Source: an uncultured SAR86 cluster bacterium
GTDB taxonomy: Bacteria > Pseudomonadota > Gammaproteobacteria > Magnimaribacterales > AG-339-G14
Direction: 5' to 3'
Length of the DNA: 64,000 bases
Assembly: GCA_902563105.1 (NCBI GenBank)
Contig: CACEVU010000001.1
Span: 5,372 to 69,371, forward strand
A program made the position numbers and the translations under genes. The notes under the pieces were generated by a model. That model was not told where the DNA came from. It saw only the letters and a program-made list of their open reading frames with translations, and made no database searches. Numbering within the stretch: the stretch's first letter is position 1; each line of letters starts with the position of its first letter. This document shows positions 30,070 through 39,332 of the stretch, piece after piece.

Positions 30070-30480
30070 CTACTTAGCCTTCATAGTATCGATAACAAAG
30101 TCATTTACAGTAATGCCACAAGCTGCAGCAATATCGTCAAACATCTTTGACCATTTTTTATCATTAGCTTGCCAGTCAAATGCTTTATTCATAGCTTTTT
30201 CAGAAGCATGTAAATCTACAGCGCCAATTGACTCGTCAGCCCAAGTCCCTGGGGCAGAAGAATACTTAATAGGGCTATTTTTCTTCTCATAAGCAATGAT
30301 ATCCTCTATAAGATTCATCGCATTTTTAGAATTACCTTTTGAACAGTCTCCCTTATAGGTGACAATCATTTGTCCAGATTTTGCTACTGGATGAAGACCC
30401 TTTTCGTGATCTAGGTGACCCATTGAAACTAAATTAGTAGCTAAAAGAAAGGTTGATATTAATAGAATTAGCTTTGGCAT
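30070..30480 (-). CDS. Secreted protein of unknown function
   Basis: I prefer the start at MPKLILLISTFLLATNLVSMG (signal peptide, 136 aa). The track's 160-aa form would overlap the upstream peptidase gene. No family is recognised. Confidence 0.55.
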   Translation of the reverse strand: MPKLILLISTFLLATNLVSMGHLDHEKGLHPVAKSGQMIVTYKGDCSKGNSKNAMNLIEDIIAYEKKNSPIKYSSAPGTWADESIGAVDLHASEKAMNKAFDWQANDKKWSKMFDDIAAACGITVNDFVIDTMKAK

Positions 30481-30514
30481 ATTATTCTCCGAATTAAAGT
30501 ATATTTTGAAAATT

Positions 30515-31219
30515 TTATCTAACAAGTATGACTTTTCTAAAACTTTTTTCAATTAAGTTTTTTCTTTCGAGAGAGACAGCGTAGCTACTTTTTGTTTTTC
30601 GAAAAACAACAGACTTAAAATTTTCTTCATTTTTAATATGAAGAGCTACACCTCCATCAACGGCATAAATTTTTTTAACTTTTTTCCTATCTAACAGTTT
30701 TTCAACGAAAGGTTTTCTTTCTGGCTCTTCATCATAATGTGGGCAGCAAGTACCTCTCACAAAGTTTAAACAAGGCATGATTTTTAACTCAGAGGCCCAT
30801 GAATCTGTAATTCCATTTTGAAACCAACAGATTGCTCCTGCACTGACGCCACTCATCACTACACCATTTCTGTAGGCCTCCTTAAGAATCATATCCAATT
30901 TCCATTCTTTCCAGACTGCCAACATGCTTTTGGTATTTCCTCCACCGACAAAGATGACATCTTGATTAAGAATTAATTTTTTCAAATCAGGAGTTCTTTT
31001 AAAAAAATCCAAATGAGTTGGCTCGCAATTTAGTTTAGTAAAAGTTGAGTAAAAATTTACTTTATAAGCTTCGTTATCTCCTGTAGCCGTGGGAATAAAA
31101 CAAATTTTAGGTCTTTTCTTTCTTGCCTGATTCAAGATATATTCTTCAATTATTCCTTGGCCTGGGGATCCCCCAAAACCTCCTCCGCCAATCGCTATAA
31201 TGTTTCTCGTGTTAGGCAT
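30515..31219 (-). CDS. Peptidase S51 (dipeptidase E-like) family protein
   Basis: Motifs VIFVGGGNTKSML, SGVSAGAICW (nucleophile Ser) and CPHYDEE parallel the PepE motifs GGGNTFQLL, GWSAGAN and NPHF. I prefer the MPNTRNIIAIGGGG start at 31219 (8-nt overlap with ybbP) over the track start at 31282. Confidence 0.7.
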   Translation of the reverse strand: MPNTRNIIAIGGGGFGGSPGQGIIEEYILNQARKKRPKICFIPTATGDNEAYKVNFYSTFTKLNCEPTHLDFFKRTPDLKKLILNQDVIFVGGGNTKSMLAVWKEWKLDMILKEAYRNGVVMSGVSAGAICWFQNGITDSWASELKIMPCLNFVRGTCCPHYDEEPERKPFVEKLLDRKKVKKIYAVDGGVALHIKNEENFKSVVFRKTKSSYAVSLERKNLIEKSFRKVILVR

Positions 31220-33656
31220 CTGCTCCCTGTAGAACATCTTTTGGTGTTTTCGAAGATAAATAAAAAGTGAATAATGCGGCAATAGAGCCTATGACTAAAA
31301 TAGAGCTAGAGGTGCCTATTAAAAGAACTTCCCAATAAATTTTAGGAGAAATTTCAAAAACTTCTCTTTCTATTAGAAAAGTTGCTAGAAGAGCAAGAGT
31401 ACCTCCTAGTATTCCTGCAATTAATCCAATTGATAAATATTCCAAAAATGTATTTATTTGCATTACTTTTCTATCAAGGCCAAGAGTTTTTAAAATAGCA
31501 TTCTGCTTTTCTCTTTGTTTAAAACTCTCTTGAATAGTTGCAAGCATTAAAAATAACGCTGCAACTAATGTCAGGCCAAGTATCAATTTCAATGCTTGTG
31601 AGACTCTTGAAATAATTGATTGTATTTCTAATACTAATGCTTCAAGAGAAATTAGGGAAATAGTTGGAAAAGTTTCAATTAGCTCCGCAGCTAATGAGTT
31701 TTTATCTCTAGGTATGTGAATGGAAGTGATAAAAGTTGACGAAACATTTTTAAAATTTTCTGGAAAACCTATCGCAAAGAAATTTGGATTAAAACTTTCC
31801 CAATTAACCTCTCTGATACTCTGAATATAACTTTCAACTTTTTCTCCTGCTAAATCGATGACTATTTGATCATTCATTTTTAAGTCATATCTCTCAGAAA
31901 TTTCCGATGAAATTGAAATCCCATTTTTTCCATCTGAAAACCAGTTTCCAGCTACAATGTTATTGTCTTCAGGAAGTTCATTCATCCAAGTAAAATTAAA
32001 GGTTCGGTCTATTTCTTTACCAGAAGATGGATCCTTCCTAAGAAATCTTGCACTGGTAACTGGATAGATCGGTTGAGAATTAATTTTATTTACATTTAGA
32101 AATTTTAATAAACTTCCTTTCTCCCCTTTATAAATGTTGAATAGAAAGTTATTTGGCGCTTCTTCTGGCAGGGAATTTTTCCAAGATGAAACTAAATTTG
32201 TTGACGCTGAGTAAGCTATGAGGCTCAGTGCAATGGCTACTGTAATGGAAACAATCTGCATAGAATTGAAAAGCTTTCTTCTACTTAATTCGAAAGCTAG
32301 CATTTTAAAAGGACTTTGTGGATTTAAACCCAAGGGCTTTATGAAATTGAAAATTCCAAATATCAAAAAAAAGATCAGGCCCGAAAAAGCCAAAATAGAG
32401 AAAAAAATGATGTTCGTTAAAACAAAATCTTTTATAAAAAATATCAAGAGAACATAGAAGGCGGATAAGCCTGCTACTAGATAAAAAGATGAATTAAACG
32501 AACTCATGTTTTTTTCGGACTTTCTTAAAATAGCGGTGGGCGATAAATTAAATAGGTTTTTTAACATTGGGTAAGCAAAACCAATCAGGCATAAAAACGC
32601 AGTTACTAAAGAAATTAAATAAGGATCGAGACCTGGTAAAGGCAAATCTGTAGGAAAATAATCTTTTAATAATTGGGTAAAAGAAACTTGTACAACCCAA
32701 CCGATGGCTATTCCAGTTAAGAAAGCAAAAACAGCAATAAAGCCAAAAATAAGCAGGTAAGTAATTTTAATTTGTTTTGGAGCCAAACCAAGGGCTTTAA
32801 AAATTGCGACATAATCGGTATGCCTTCGAATAAATTGCAAAGAGCATATTGCTATCGCTAAAGAAGACAATATTATGGCAAGCAGGGCACCTAGCAGAAA
32901 AAAATTTGAGGCTCTTTTGATTGCCTGTCCAAGTGGACTGGCTTCGTTCTCAGGAGTGATAACGTCGTCTCCAGGTTTTTTAATCGATTGAAAATAATTT
33001 TCCAGAAGCTGAATATTTTTTTCATCAGCAGAAAATAGGTAAGAATACCCTACGCGAGACCCTGGTTGAATTACATTTGCTTCTTCTAAATCACCCGAAT
33101 TCATAATTGCTTTTGGGGCAAAAGCAAAAGATCCAGCGCCTCTATCTGATTCAGAGAGGATTATTCCATTGATAAGAAAATCTTTTTCTCCGATATTTAC
33201 TTTTTCACCAACAGAAACTTTCAAAAGCCTGGCTAAGCGGTTATCTATCCATACTCTCCCAGAAGCGGGGGGATCTTCTTTTATTACCTTTCGATTGTCT
33301 GTTGTAAGAATTTCTGTCTCACCAACCAGAGGGTACGGTGCTTCAACAGATTTTACTGAAGCAAGTTGAAAATTATCTACCGAGTTTAAAACCGAGCCAA
33401 ATTCGTAAACCTTTGTATAAGTGTAATCACCAAGCGGAAAACCCATTTCATCTATTTCAGAACTTGATTCAAACTTTAAGTCTCCGCCAAGAAATTGCTT
33501 AGATTCGAACATCAAAGAACTATCCAAACGATCGGTAAAGAAAGTAATTGAAGCAACTATCCCTACAGCCAAAGACAATGATAAAAACATCAGTAAAAGC
33601 TGTCCTGATTTAAGCTCACGAAAAAAAATCTTCGAAGCTAAAGAGAATATAATCAC
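31212..33656 (-). CDS. ybbP: ABC transporter permease, FtsX-like double domain (YbbP-type)
   Basis: 814 aa. Two clusters of transmembrane helices are separated by large periplasmic loops. It overlaps the upstream ATPase by 4 nt. The tesA / ybbA-ybbP divergent arrangement matches E. coli. Confidence 0.8.
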   Translation of the reverse strand: MIIFSLASKIFFRELKSGQLLLMFLSLSLAVGIVASITFFTDRLDSSLMFESKQFLGGDLKFESSSEIDEMGFPLGDYTYTKVYEFGSVLNSVDNFQLASVKSVEAPYPLVGETEILTTDNRKVIKEDPPASGRVWIDNRLARLLKVSVGEKVNIGEKDFLINGIILSESDRGAGSFAFAPKAIMNSGDLEEANVIQPGSRVGYSYLFSADEKNIQLLENYFQSIKKPGDDVITPENEASPLGQAIKRASNFFLLGALLAIILSSLAIAICSLQFIRRHTDYVAIFKALGLAPKQIKITYLLIFGFIAVFAFLTGIAIGWVVQVSFTQLLKDYFPTDLPLPGLDPYLISLVTAFLCLIGFAYPMLKNLFNLSPTAILRKSEKNMSSFNSSFYLVAGLSAFYVLLIFFIKDFVLTNIIFFSILAFSGLIFFLIFGIFNFIKPLGLNPQSPFKMLAFELSRRKLFNSMQIVSITVAIALSLIAYSASTNLVSSWKNSLPEEAPNNFLFNIYKGEKGSLLKFLNVNKINSQPIYPVTSARFLRKDPSSGKEIDRTFNFTWMNELPEDNNIVAGNWFSDGKNGISISSEISERYDLKMNDQIVIDLAGEKVESYIQSIREVNWESFNPNFFAIGFPENFKNVSSTFITSIHIPRDKNSLAAELIETFPTISLISLEALVLEIQSIISRVSQALKLILGLTLVAALFLMLATIQESFKQREKQNAILKTLGLDRKVMQINTFLEYLSIGLIAGILGGTLALLATFLIEREVFEISPKIYWEVLLIGTSSSILVIGSIAALFTFYLSSKTPKDVLQGADA

Positions 33657-34315
33657 AATATCTTGCCGTCTAATAATTCAATTTTTTCATCACACTTATT
33701 TGCCAATAAAATATCGTGAGTCACAATTATTAAAGCACTGGAAGATTCTTTAAAAGATTCAAAAATTAAATCAGAGATCATTTCACTATTGCTAGAATCT
33801 AAATTACCAGTTGGTTCATCGCAAAATAGAACCTCAGCCTCGCATGCAAAAGCTCTAGCAATAGCTACCCTTTGCTGTTCTCCTCCTGAAAGTTGCTGGG
33901 GGTAGTGCATCAGTCGACTGTGCATCTTTACTCTTTCAAGATAATTGATTGCGATATCCTTCGCATTTTTTTTATTTTTTAACTCCAAAGGCAGCATAAC
34001 GTTTTCTAACGCTGTCAAACCAGAAAGCAATTCAAAATTTTGAAACACAAAAGCGACAGAATCTTTTCTGACTTTAGCCCGACCCTCTTCTGACAAAAGA
34101 TGAAGAGGTTCTTCCTTGATGAAAATTTCTCCTGCAGTAGGTTTATCTAGTCCAGCTAATATTCCTAAAAGCGTTGATTTTCCTGAGCCAGAAGGCCCAA
34201 TAACTGCTAAAGAGGAAGAGGCATTTACCGTTAAATTGATATTATCCAGTATGACGATTTCTTCATCATTAAAAATAACCTTTTTTGACAAATTTCTTGC
34301 TTCTATAATCATCAA
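33653..34315 (-). CDS. ybbA: ABC transporter ATP-binding protein (YbbA-type)
   Basis: 220 aa. It has Walker A GPSGSGKST, the signature LSGGEQQRVAIARA, Walker B LFCDEPTGNLD and the H-loop IVTHD. Confidence 0.88.
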   Translation of the reverse strand: MMIIEARNLSKKVIFNDEEIVILDNINLTVNASSSLAVIGPSGSGKSTLLGILAGLDKPTAGEIFIKEEPLHLLSEEGRAKVRKDSVAFVFQNFELLSGLTALENVMLPLELKNKKNAKDIAINYLERVKMHSRLMHYPQQLSGGEQQRVAIARAFACEAEVLFCDEPTGNLDSSNSEMISDLIFESFKESSSALIIVTHDILLANKCDEKIELLDGKIL

Positions 34316-34942
34316 ATGAATATTTTAAAAAAATATGGACTGAAAATAATTTTAATATTATTTTTAACTTTTTCTTATTCTATCACTGCAGAATCAAAGA
34401 AGCTTTTGATTTTAGGTGACAGTATTTCCGCGGGTTTTGGTTTGAAAGAATCTGAAAACTGGGTTGAATTATTTAATAAATCCACAGATGCAGAAAAAAT
34501 GAACATAAAAATGATCAACTCCAGCGTCTCTGGTGACACGACCATTGGTGGTTTATCGAGAATTGGTAATGACCTCAAACTTTACAAGCCAGAGTATGTG
34601 TTGATTGAGCTTGGCGGAAATGATGCCTTAAGAGGCTATCCTTTGAAACAGATTAAAACCAATTTACTTAAAATCGTCGATGCTTCTTTAGAATCAAAAG
34701 CTAAACCATTAATCATGCAAATAAAAATTCCACCAAATTATGGAAAAAAATACGTAGAAGCTTTTGAAAAAATTTATCTTGAAATTTCAAATGAAAAAGA
34801 TATTCCTTTACTTACTTTTCTGTTAGAAAAAGTTGCCCTAGATCAAAGTCTGATGCAACTCGACGGCATTCATCCAAATGAAAAAGCCCAGCCCATCATC
34901 GCCGAACAGATAAAACTCGAACTATCGGAGATCATAAAATAA
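34316..34942 (+). CDS. tesA: SGNH arylesterase / acyl-CoA thioesterase I / lysophospholipase L1 (TesA-like)
   Basis: 208 aa with a signal peptide. The SGNH blocks LILGDSISAG, GGNDALRG and DGIHPN are present. It diverges from ybbA. Confidence 0.85.
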   Translation: MNILKKYGLKIILILFLTFSYSITAESKKLLILGDSISAGFGLKESENWVELFNKSTDAEKMNIKMINSSVSGDTTIGGLSRIGNDLKLYKPEYVLIELGGNDALRGYPLKQIKTNLLKIVDASLESKAKPLIMQIKIPPNYGKKYVEAFEKIYLEISNEKDIPLLTFLLEKVALDQSLMQLDGIHPNEKAQPIIAEQIKLELSEIIK

Positions 34943-34973
34943 AAAAAAGCCTCTGCAAGCAGAGGCTTTTTTT
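34941..34973. terminator. Bidirectional rho-independent terminator between tesA and the large TonB-dependent receptor
   Basis: The sequence is AAAAAAAA-GCCTCTGC-AA-GCAGAGGC-TTTTTTT. A GC-rich 8-bp stem is flanked by an A-run and a T-run, between two convergent genes. Confidence 0.85.
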
Positions 34974-34986
34974 AACAAAACAATCT

Positions 34987-37900
34987 CTATTGCATATTGT
35001 ATGTAAATCCAACTTTAAGGTACCTTCCTAACGGACTATGAGTATTTGGATCATAGCTCATTTCCCAGCTGGTAAATGGAGGTTGTTCATCAGTTAGATT
35101 GTATGCTGAAAACGCCATACTAAAATCATCCCAACTATAAGTATAAGTGGCATCAAATGTCGTATGAGCAGTTACTTCTAAGTTATCACGCCTATCCTCA
35201 TAAGAGGAAATATAATTTATAGCTCCATAAAAATTATGAGAATCAGCATCATAATTTATAAAAGCCTTAGATTTCAAATCAGGCATAGATCGACAAGTAT
35301 TGTCGATATTAAAATAACCAGCACATTCATAAGCAGCTGCTATTTGAGCTCCGCCTTTGGAATATGCAGCTACTGAGTAATCAATGACATAAGCAGCTTC
35401 TGCACCCACAGAAAGAATACCTGCAGCATAGTCAGTTTCGTATTTTACAAAAATATCTAAACCATCGGTTTCAGTTTCTGGACCGTTTACATAAGGAGTT
35501 GTAATCCTTGCAATTTGACTGGCTGCAAAAGAGCCATCAGTTGCGTAATTTGCGCCTCCTCTTACTTGACTTTTAATTGCGTTAAAAGCAGCAGTCTCAG
35601 CAGCTGTTGCGCCCGCTGCTTTTCCAGCTTCATAAGCAGCAGCAATTTGTGCATAGGATTCTGTGATTATTGGGTTGTCAAACTCAAACTTATAATAGTC
35701 TACTGTTGCTGTCCAATTGTCAGTACCGAAGTCGGTTATAACTCCAATATTGTACGTAGTTGCTGTCTCAGGATCTAGCAAAGGATTTCCAATAGCATCA
35801 ATTGCCTTAAATGCTTTTGTTGGATTAACGTAAGCTAACGCAGTAGCTCTTTTTTCCCATGTTTCATCTGGATTAGGAGCTCTAAACGTAGTTTGACCAG
35901 TGAATCTAAAAGTTAGAGCGTCCATTGGAGACCAACGCATGACAACCTTAGGATCAATTGAGTCAACATCACCATAGTCTTCATATCGAAGTGCAAGTTG
36001 CATGTCAAAATTATCCAAAATTGGTAATGCAAATTCAGCAAAAAGTGAATCCACTTCTTGGCTTTGATCTCTGCTATAAGCAGGAGCTAGAAACATAAAT
36101 AAACCAGCAGGATTATCTTTCAAACATGCTGCTCTTGCAGAGGCACTTCTATTATCTTTCGGAACAACACAAGGGTGTTTGTCACCATCAAAAATATCAT
36201 GAGTTGGAGAAAGTCGAGTACCAGCGATTGCTGGAAGAGATTGATCAAGATTATATTCTCTTCTTTCATAACCAGCAGCCCAGGCAGCATCTCCACCTGC
36301 TAATGCACCCATTAGACCTTGCATGGTGAAATCTAGAGTCATCAAGGTAGATTTAGCTTCGATTTGACCTCGGTCGGTTAACCATCTGAGGAAGTCTGGA
36401 TCATTTGCATGTTCAGCTTGATAATTAGGGTTTTTGCCAACTCTTTGTTTTAGGGTCGTTCCAACTTGCGCGTCAAGAGTGAATGGGTTTGCGAAAGCGT
36501 GATAAGCCTGATTACCGTGTTCAACCGCATTTGAAAAAACATTCAGATAACTACAACCTTCAGGCGGAGCAGATCCATCCAACACTGCATTTACTCCTGT
36601 TGAAGTATGCGTGATTGTTGGAGCACCCGTAGGGTTAATTTCGGTTAATTCGTAAGGACAATTAGGTCCACCATAACCCCAAAGTGCAGCATTGTATTTA
36701 TTTTGCTGAGTATCAGAGAAAGTATAATCTCCCTCACTTTGTGAATAATTTAAGCCTGTTCTGTAATCAATGTCATTAGTTAAAGAACCTTCGAAGTCAA
36801 AAGCAAATCTGACAACATCATATTTTCTGAATTCGGTTTCAGCTCCTTGAGAATTTCCATTTGGATTTCCAGCCACCGCAAAAGGTCTATTGAACATTCC
36901 GTGTGCAACAGCTTGAGTAGTTCCATTTCCACCAAATTCAGTTCCTTTTAAAAGGTTCGCAAAATTTGGATGTTGGGCATACAAAGCCTGAAGTGCCGGG
37001 TGAAAATTAGGCACAACTGTTGCTGTTGGGTTGTTTGGAGGGTAAGACGGGGACGTTGCATAGTTAGGCACATCTGTCTTTCCATAAGCAAATTCGACAT
37101 GAAAGTTATGCTCATCGTTTACATCGCCATTGAATTCCATCCAAAGTTGAGCATTGGTTTGATCTTCTTGAACGTTATCAAAGTAAGCATATTGGTAACG
37201 ACATAAACCATGATAACCATTTAATGCAGTCGAGCTAACTACATCACCAGCAGCATTCTTATGATCTACTTCTTGGTCCAATGACAATAGCTGTGAATAA
37301 CCTCCTGCAGCATTACACCCAGGATCCGTTATGTATGCAAGCGGCGCGGTTGTATCGGAATTATCATCATCAAGATACTTTACAAAAGTACCTGGATTAC
37401 CAAAGGAGGACCAACCACCTCTACCGTTCTCAGCGTAACTTCTTGTTACGTAATCGGTACTAGATGCACGTAGTTCTTTCTTTTGTTGTGCACCAAGAGA
37501 TAATAGAAAATTTGTTCCATCATTTAATTGTTGCCCGTAAGTAATTGAGAATTCGTTGCCGTCACCTTCAGTGTTTGGAATGCTTTTACCAGCAATATTA
37601 ACTCTTAAGCCTTCAAAAGTAGAATCGGTAATAAAATTAACCACCCCAGCAATAGCATCCGAACCATAAGTCGCCGCAGCACCTTCTTTCAGAATTTCTA
37701 TTCTGCTTAATGCTGCCATTGGTAGGTCATGCAAGTTTACGGAACGTCCAGCACCAGTCGCAATTGGGACTGTTACCTGTCTTTTTCCATTTACAAGCAC
37801 AAGTGTTCTGTTTGTTCCTAAACCACGTAAGTTTATGTTCGAAATACCTTCAGAAGCATTCGAACCAAATTGGTTAGCTTCTCCATCCATTCCGGAACTT

Positions 37901-38106
37901 CCTGGAACCATTTTTATTAGCTCTACAATATTTAAATTACCTTGAGCACCGATTTCTTCAGCACTGAAAGTTGATATTGGTGAACCTGTATCGATCGGAG
38001 TTCCTTTAATCAAGGATCCAATCACAGTTACTTGCTCGTCTTGAGTAAAACTCAAACCAGCGAAAAACGAGAGAATTACTCCCGTTACGAATAGTTTTTT
38101 AAACAT
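34987..38106 (-). CDS. TonB-dependent outer-membrane receptor, large (1039 aa) class, substrate unknown
   Basis: It has a signal peptide and a TonB-box-like DEQVTVIGS. The plug motifs are NIVELIKMVPG, INLRGLG, TLVLVNGKR and IEILKGAAATYGSDAIAGVVNFIT. A long Gly/Asn/Tyr-rich barrel follows. The C-terminus reads ...VGFTYNMQ. Confidence 0.88.
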   Translation of the reverse strand: MFKKLFVTGVILSFFAGLSFTQDEQVTVIGSLIKGTPIDTGSPISTFSAEEIGAQGNLNIVELIKMVPGSSGMDGEANQFGSNASEGISNINLRGLGTNRTLVLVNGKRQVTVPIATGAGRSVNLHDLPMAALSRIEILKEGAAATYGSDAIAGVVNFITDSTFEGLRVNIAGKSIPNTEGDGNEFSITYGQQLNDGTNFLLSLGAQQKKELRASSTDYVTRSYAENGRGGWSSFGNPGTFVKYLDDDNSDTTAPLAYITDPGCNAAGGYSQLLSLDQEVDHKNAAGDVVSSTALNGYHGLCRYQYAYFDNVQEDQTNAQLWMEFNGDVNDEHNFHVEFAYGKTDVPNYATSPSYPPNNPTATVVPNFHPALQALYAQHPNFANLLKGTEFGGNGTTQAVAHGMFNRPFAVAGNPNGNSQGAETEFRKYDVVRFAFDFEGSLTNDIDYRTGLNYSQSEGDYTFSDTQQNKYNAALWGYGGPNCPYELTEINPTGAPTITHTSTGVNAVLDGSAPPEGCSYLNVFSNAVEHGNQAYHAFANPFTLDAQVGTTLKQRVGKNPNYQAEHANDPDFLRWLTDRGQIEAKSTLMTLDFTMQGLMGALAGGDAAWAAGYERREYNLDQSLPAIAGTRLSPTHDIFDGDKHPCVVPKDNRSASARAACLKDNPAGLFMFLAPAYSRDQSQEVDSLFAEFALPILDNFDMQLALRYEDYGDVDSIDPKVVMRWSPMDALTFRFTGQTTFRAPNPDETWEKRATALAYVNPTKAFKAIDAIGNPLLDPETATTYNIGVITDFGTDNWTATVDYYKFEFDNPIITESYAQIAAAYEAGKAAGATAAETAAFNAIKSQVRGGANYATDGSFAASQIARITTPYVNGPETETDGLDIFVKYETDYAAGILSVGAEAAYVIDYSVAAYSKGGAQIAAAYECAGYFNIDNTCRSMPDLKSKAFINYDADSHNFYGAINYISSYEDRRDNLEVTAHTTFDATYTYSWDDFSMAFSAYNLTDEQPPFTSWEMSYDPNTHSPLGRYLKVGFTYNMQ

Positions 38107-38122
38107 ATTCCCCCCTAGAAAT

Positions 38123-38147
38123 TTATAAGGTGAATGTTACCTTATAA
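38123..38147 (-). other. Perfect 9-bp inverted repeat (TTATAAGGT-n7-ACCTTATAA) in the leader or promoter of the large receptor gene
   Basis: Read directly from the sequence. It lies 17-41 nt upstream of the receptor start codon, just before the AGGGGGG ribosome-binding site. It could be an RNA hairpin or a dimeric operator. Confidence 0.4.
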
Positions 38148-38218
38148 TTCTGCAAAAAGTCGAGCGTTTAAAAAGCTATAAGCACTATTATTTTTGAAAA
38201 TCAACTTGAATAATTAAT

Positions 38219-38237
38219 GAGAATGATTATCATCTAA
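38219..38237. promoter_or_regulatory. Fur box overlapping the fbpA promoter (TTGAAT 38206-38211, 16-nt spacer, TATCAT 38228-38233)
   Basis: On the minus strand the 19-mer TTAGATGATAATCATTCTC matches the Fur consensus GATAATGATAATCATTATC at 14/19 positions, with a 12/13 core match. It sits in the divergent region between the large receptor and fbpA. Confidence 0.65.
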
Positions 38238-38259
38238 AAATTAAAATCTGGCTTTACTT

Positions 38260-39288
38260 ATGAGACTAAAATCCTTCTTATCAATAGTTTTAACATTAGT
38301 AGTTTTTTCCAATTTTATTTTTCCTAAAGAAGTGAATGTCTATACCTCCAGGCATTACGATTCTGATATTGAGCTCTATGACAAATTCACTGACCTCACT
38401 GGGATTGAAGTCAACATTATATCCGCTAAAAGCAAGGCATTAATCGAAAGAATAAGATCTGAAGGTCAAAATTCTCCAGCTGATGTTTTTATAACAGTCG
38501 ATGCTGGAAATCTTTGGAAAGTACAAGATCTAGGTCTTTTTCAAGATATAAATTCAAAAAAAGTTGATGAAACTGTACCGAAAAGCTTAAGAGGAAAAAA
38601 CAATCAATGGGTAGCTTTAGCAAAAAGGGCAAGGGTTATCTTTTACAATCCAGATAAGTATTCCTATGAAGAACTAAAAGACTTGGCTTATGAAGATCTC
38701 AGTTTGCCTAAATGGCAGAACAAACTTGCTATCAGGAGTTCTAATAATCTTTACAACCAATCTCTAGTGGCTGGAATGATCGCCAAGTACGGCGAAAGTT
38801 ACACCGAAAGTTGGGCCCAAGGATTGGTGAATAATTTTGCAAGAAAGCCTCAAGGAAACGATAGGGGACAAATTATGGCCGTTGCAAATAATGAAGCTGA
38901 CTTGGCCATAGCCAATAGCTATTATTTAGGACATATGCTGTCTGGAAAAAAAGGAGATACTCAACTTAATGCTGGCAAAAAAGTTGCAATCCTTTTTCCA
39001 TCACAAACTAAAGGCGGTGCTCATATTAATATCAGCGGCGGCGGCATTTTAAAATTTTCTAAAAATTACGATAGTGCAATAGAATTTCTGGAATTCATGC
39101 TCTCGGAAGATGCGCAAAAACATCTTGTTGAGAATACTTATGAGTATCCAATTAATAAAAATGTTGAACCGAGTAAGCTAATGGCTCAATTTGGAGTCGA
39201 TTTCAAAGAAGAAGAAATAAATGTTTCTAACTTTGGGAAATATAATGCTGCAGCACTTAAGCTCATGGACAGAGTAGGCTGGCAATAA
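38260..39288 (+). CDS. fbpA: Fe(3+) ABC transporter periplasmic substrate-binding protein (FbpA/FutA/AfuA family)
   Basis: 342 aa with a signal peptide. VNVYTSRHYDSDIELYDKFTDLTGIEVNII...SEGQNSPADVFITVDAGNLW is characteristic of the ferric-iron-binding family. Confidence 0.82.
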   Translation: MRLKSFLSIVLTLVVFSNFIFPKEVNVYTSRHYDSDIELYDKFTDLTGIEVNIISAKSKALIERIRSEGQNSPADVFITVDAGNLWKVQDLGLFQDINSKKVDETVPKSLRGKNNQWVALAKRARVIFYNPDKYSYEELKDLAYEDLSLPKWQNKLAIRSSNNLYNQSLVAGMIAKYGESYTESWAQGLVNNFARKPQGNDRGQIMAVANNEADLAIANSYYLGHMLSGKKGDTQLNAGKKVAILFPSQTKGGAHINISGGGILKFSKNYDSAIEFLEFMLSEDAQKHLVENTYEYPINKNVEPSKLMAQFGVDFKEEEINVSNFGKYNAAALKLMDRVGWQ

Positions 39289-39332
39289 AAAATTCTTTTT
39301 GAATTTTCTTTTTAAAACTTCACAATACAATT

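Noticed and set aside
38107-38259. Cobalamin or other riboswitch in the leader of the 1039-aa TonB-dependent receptor.
   Set aside because: The leader is short. It contains no B12-box-like GCCACTG element or other riboswitch core that I can recognise. Only a simple 9-bp hairpin is present.
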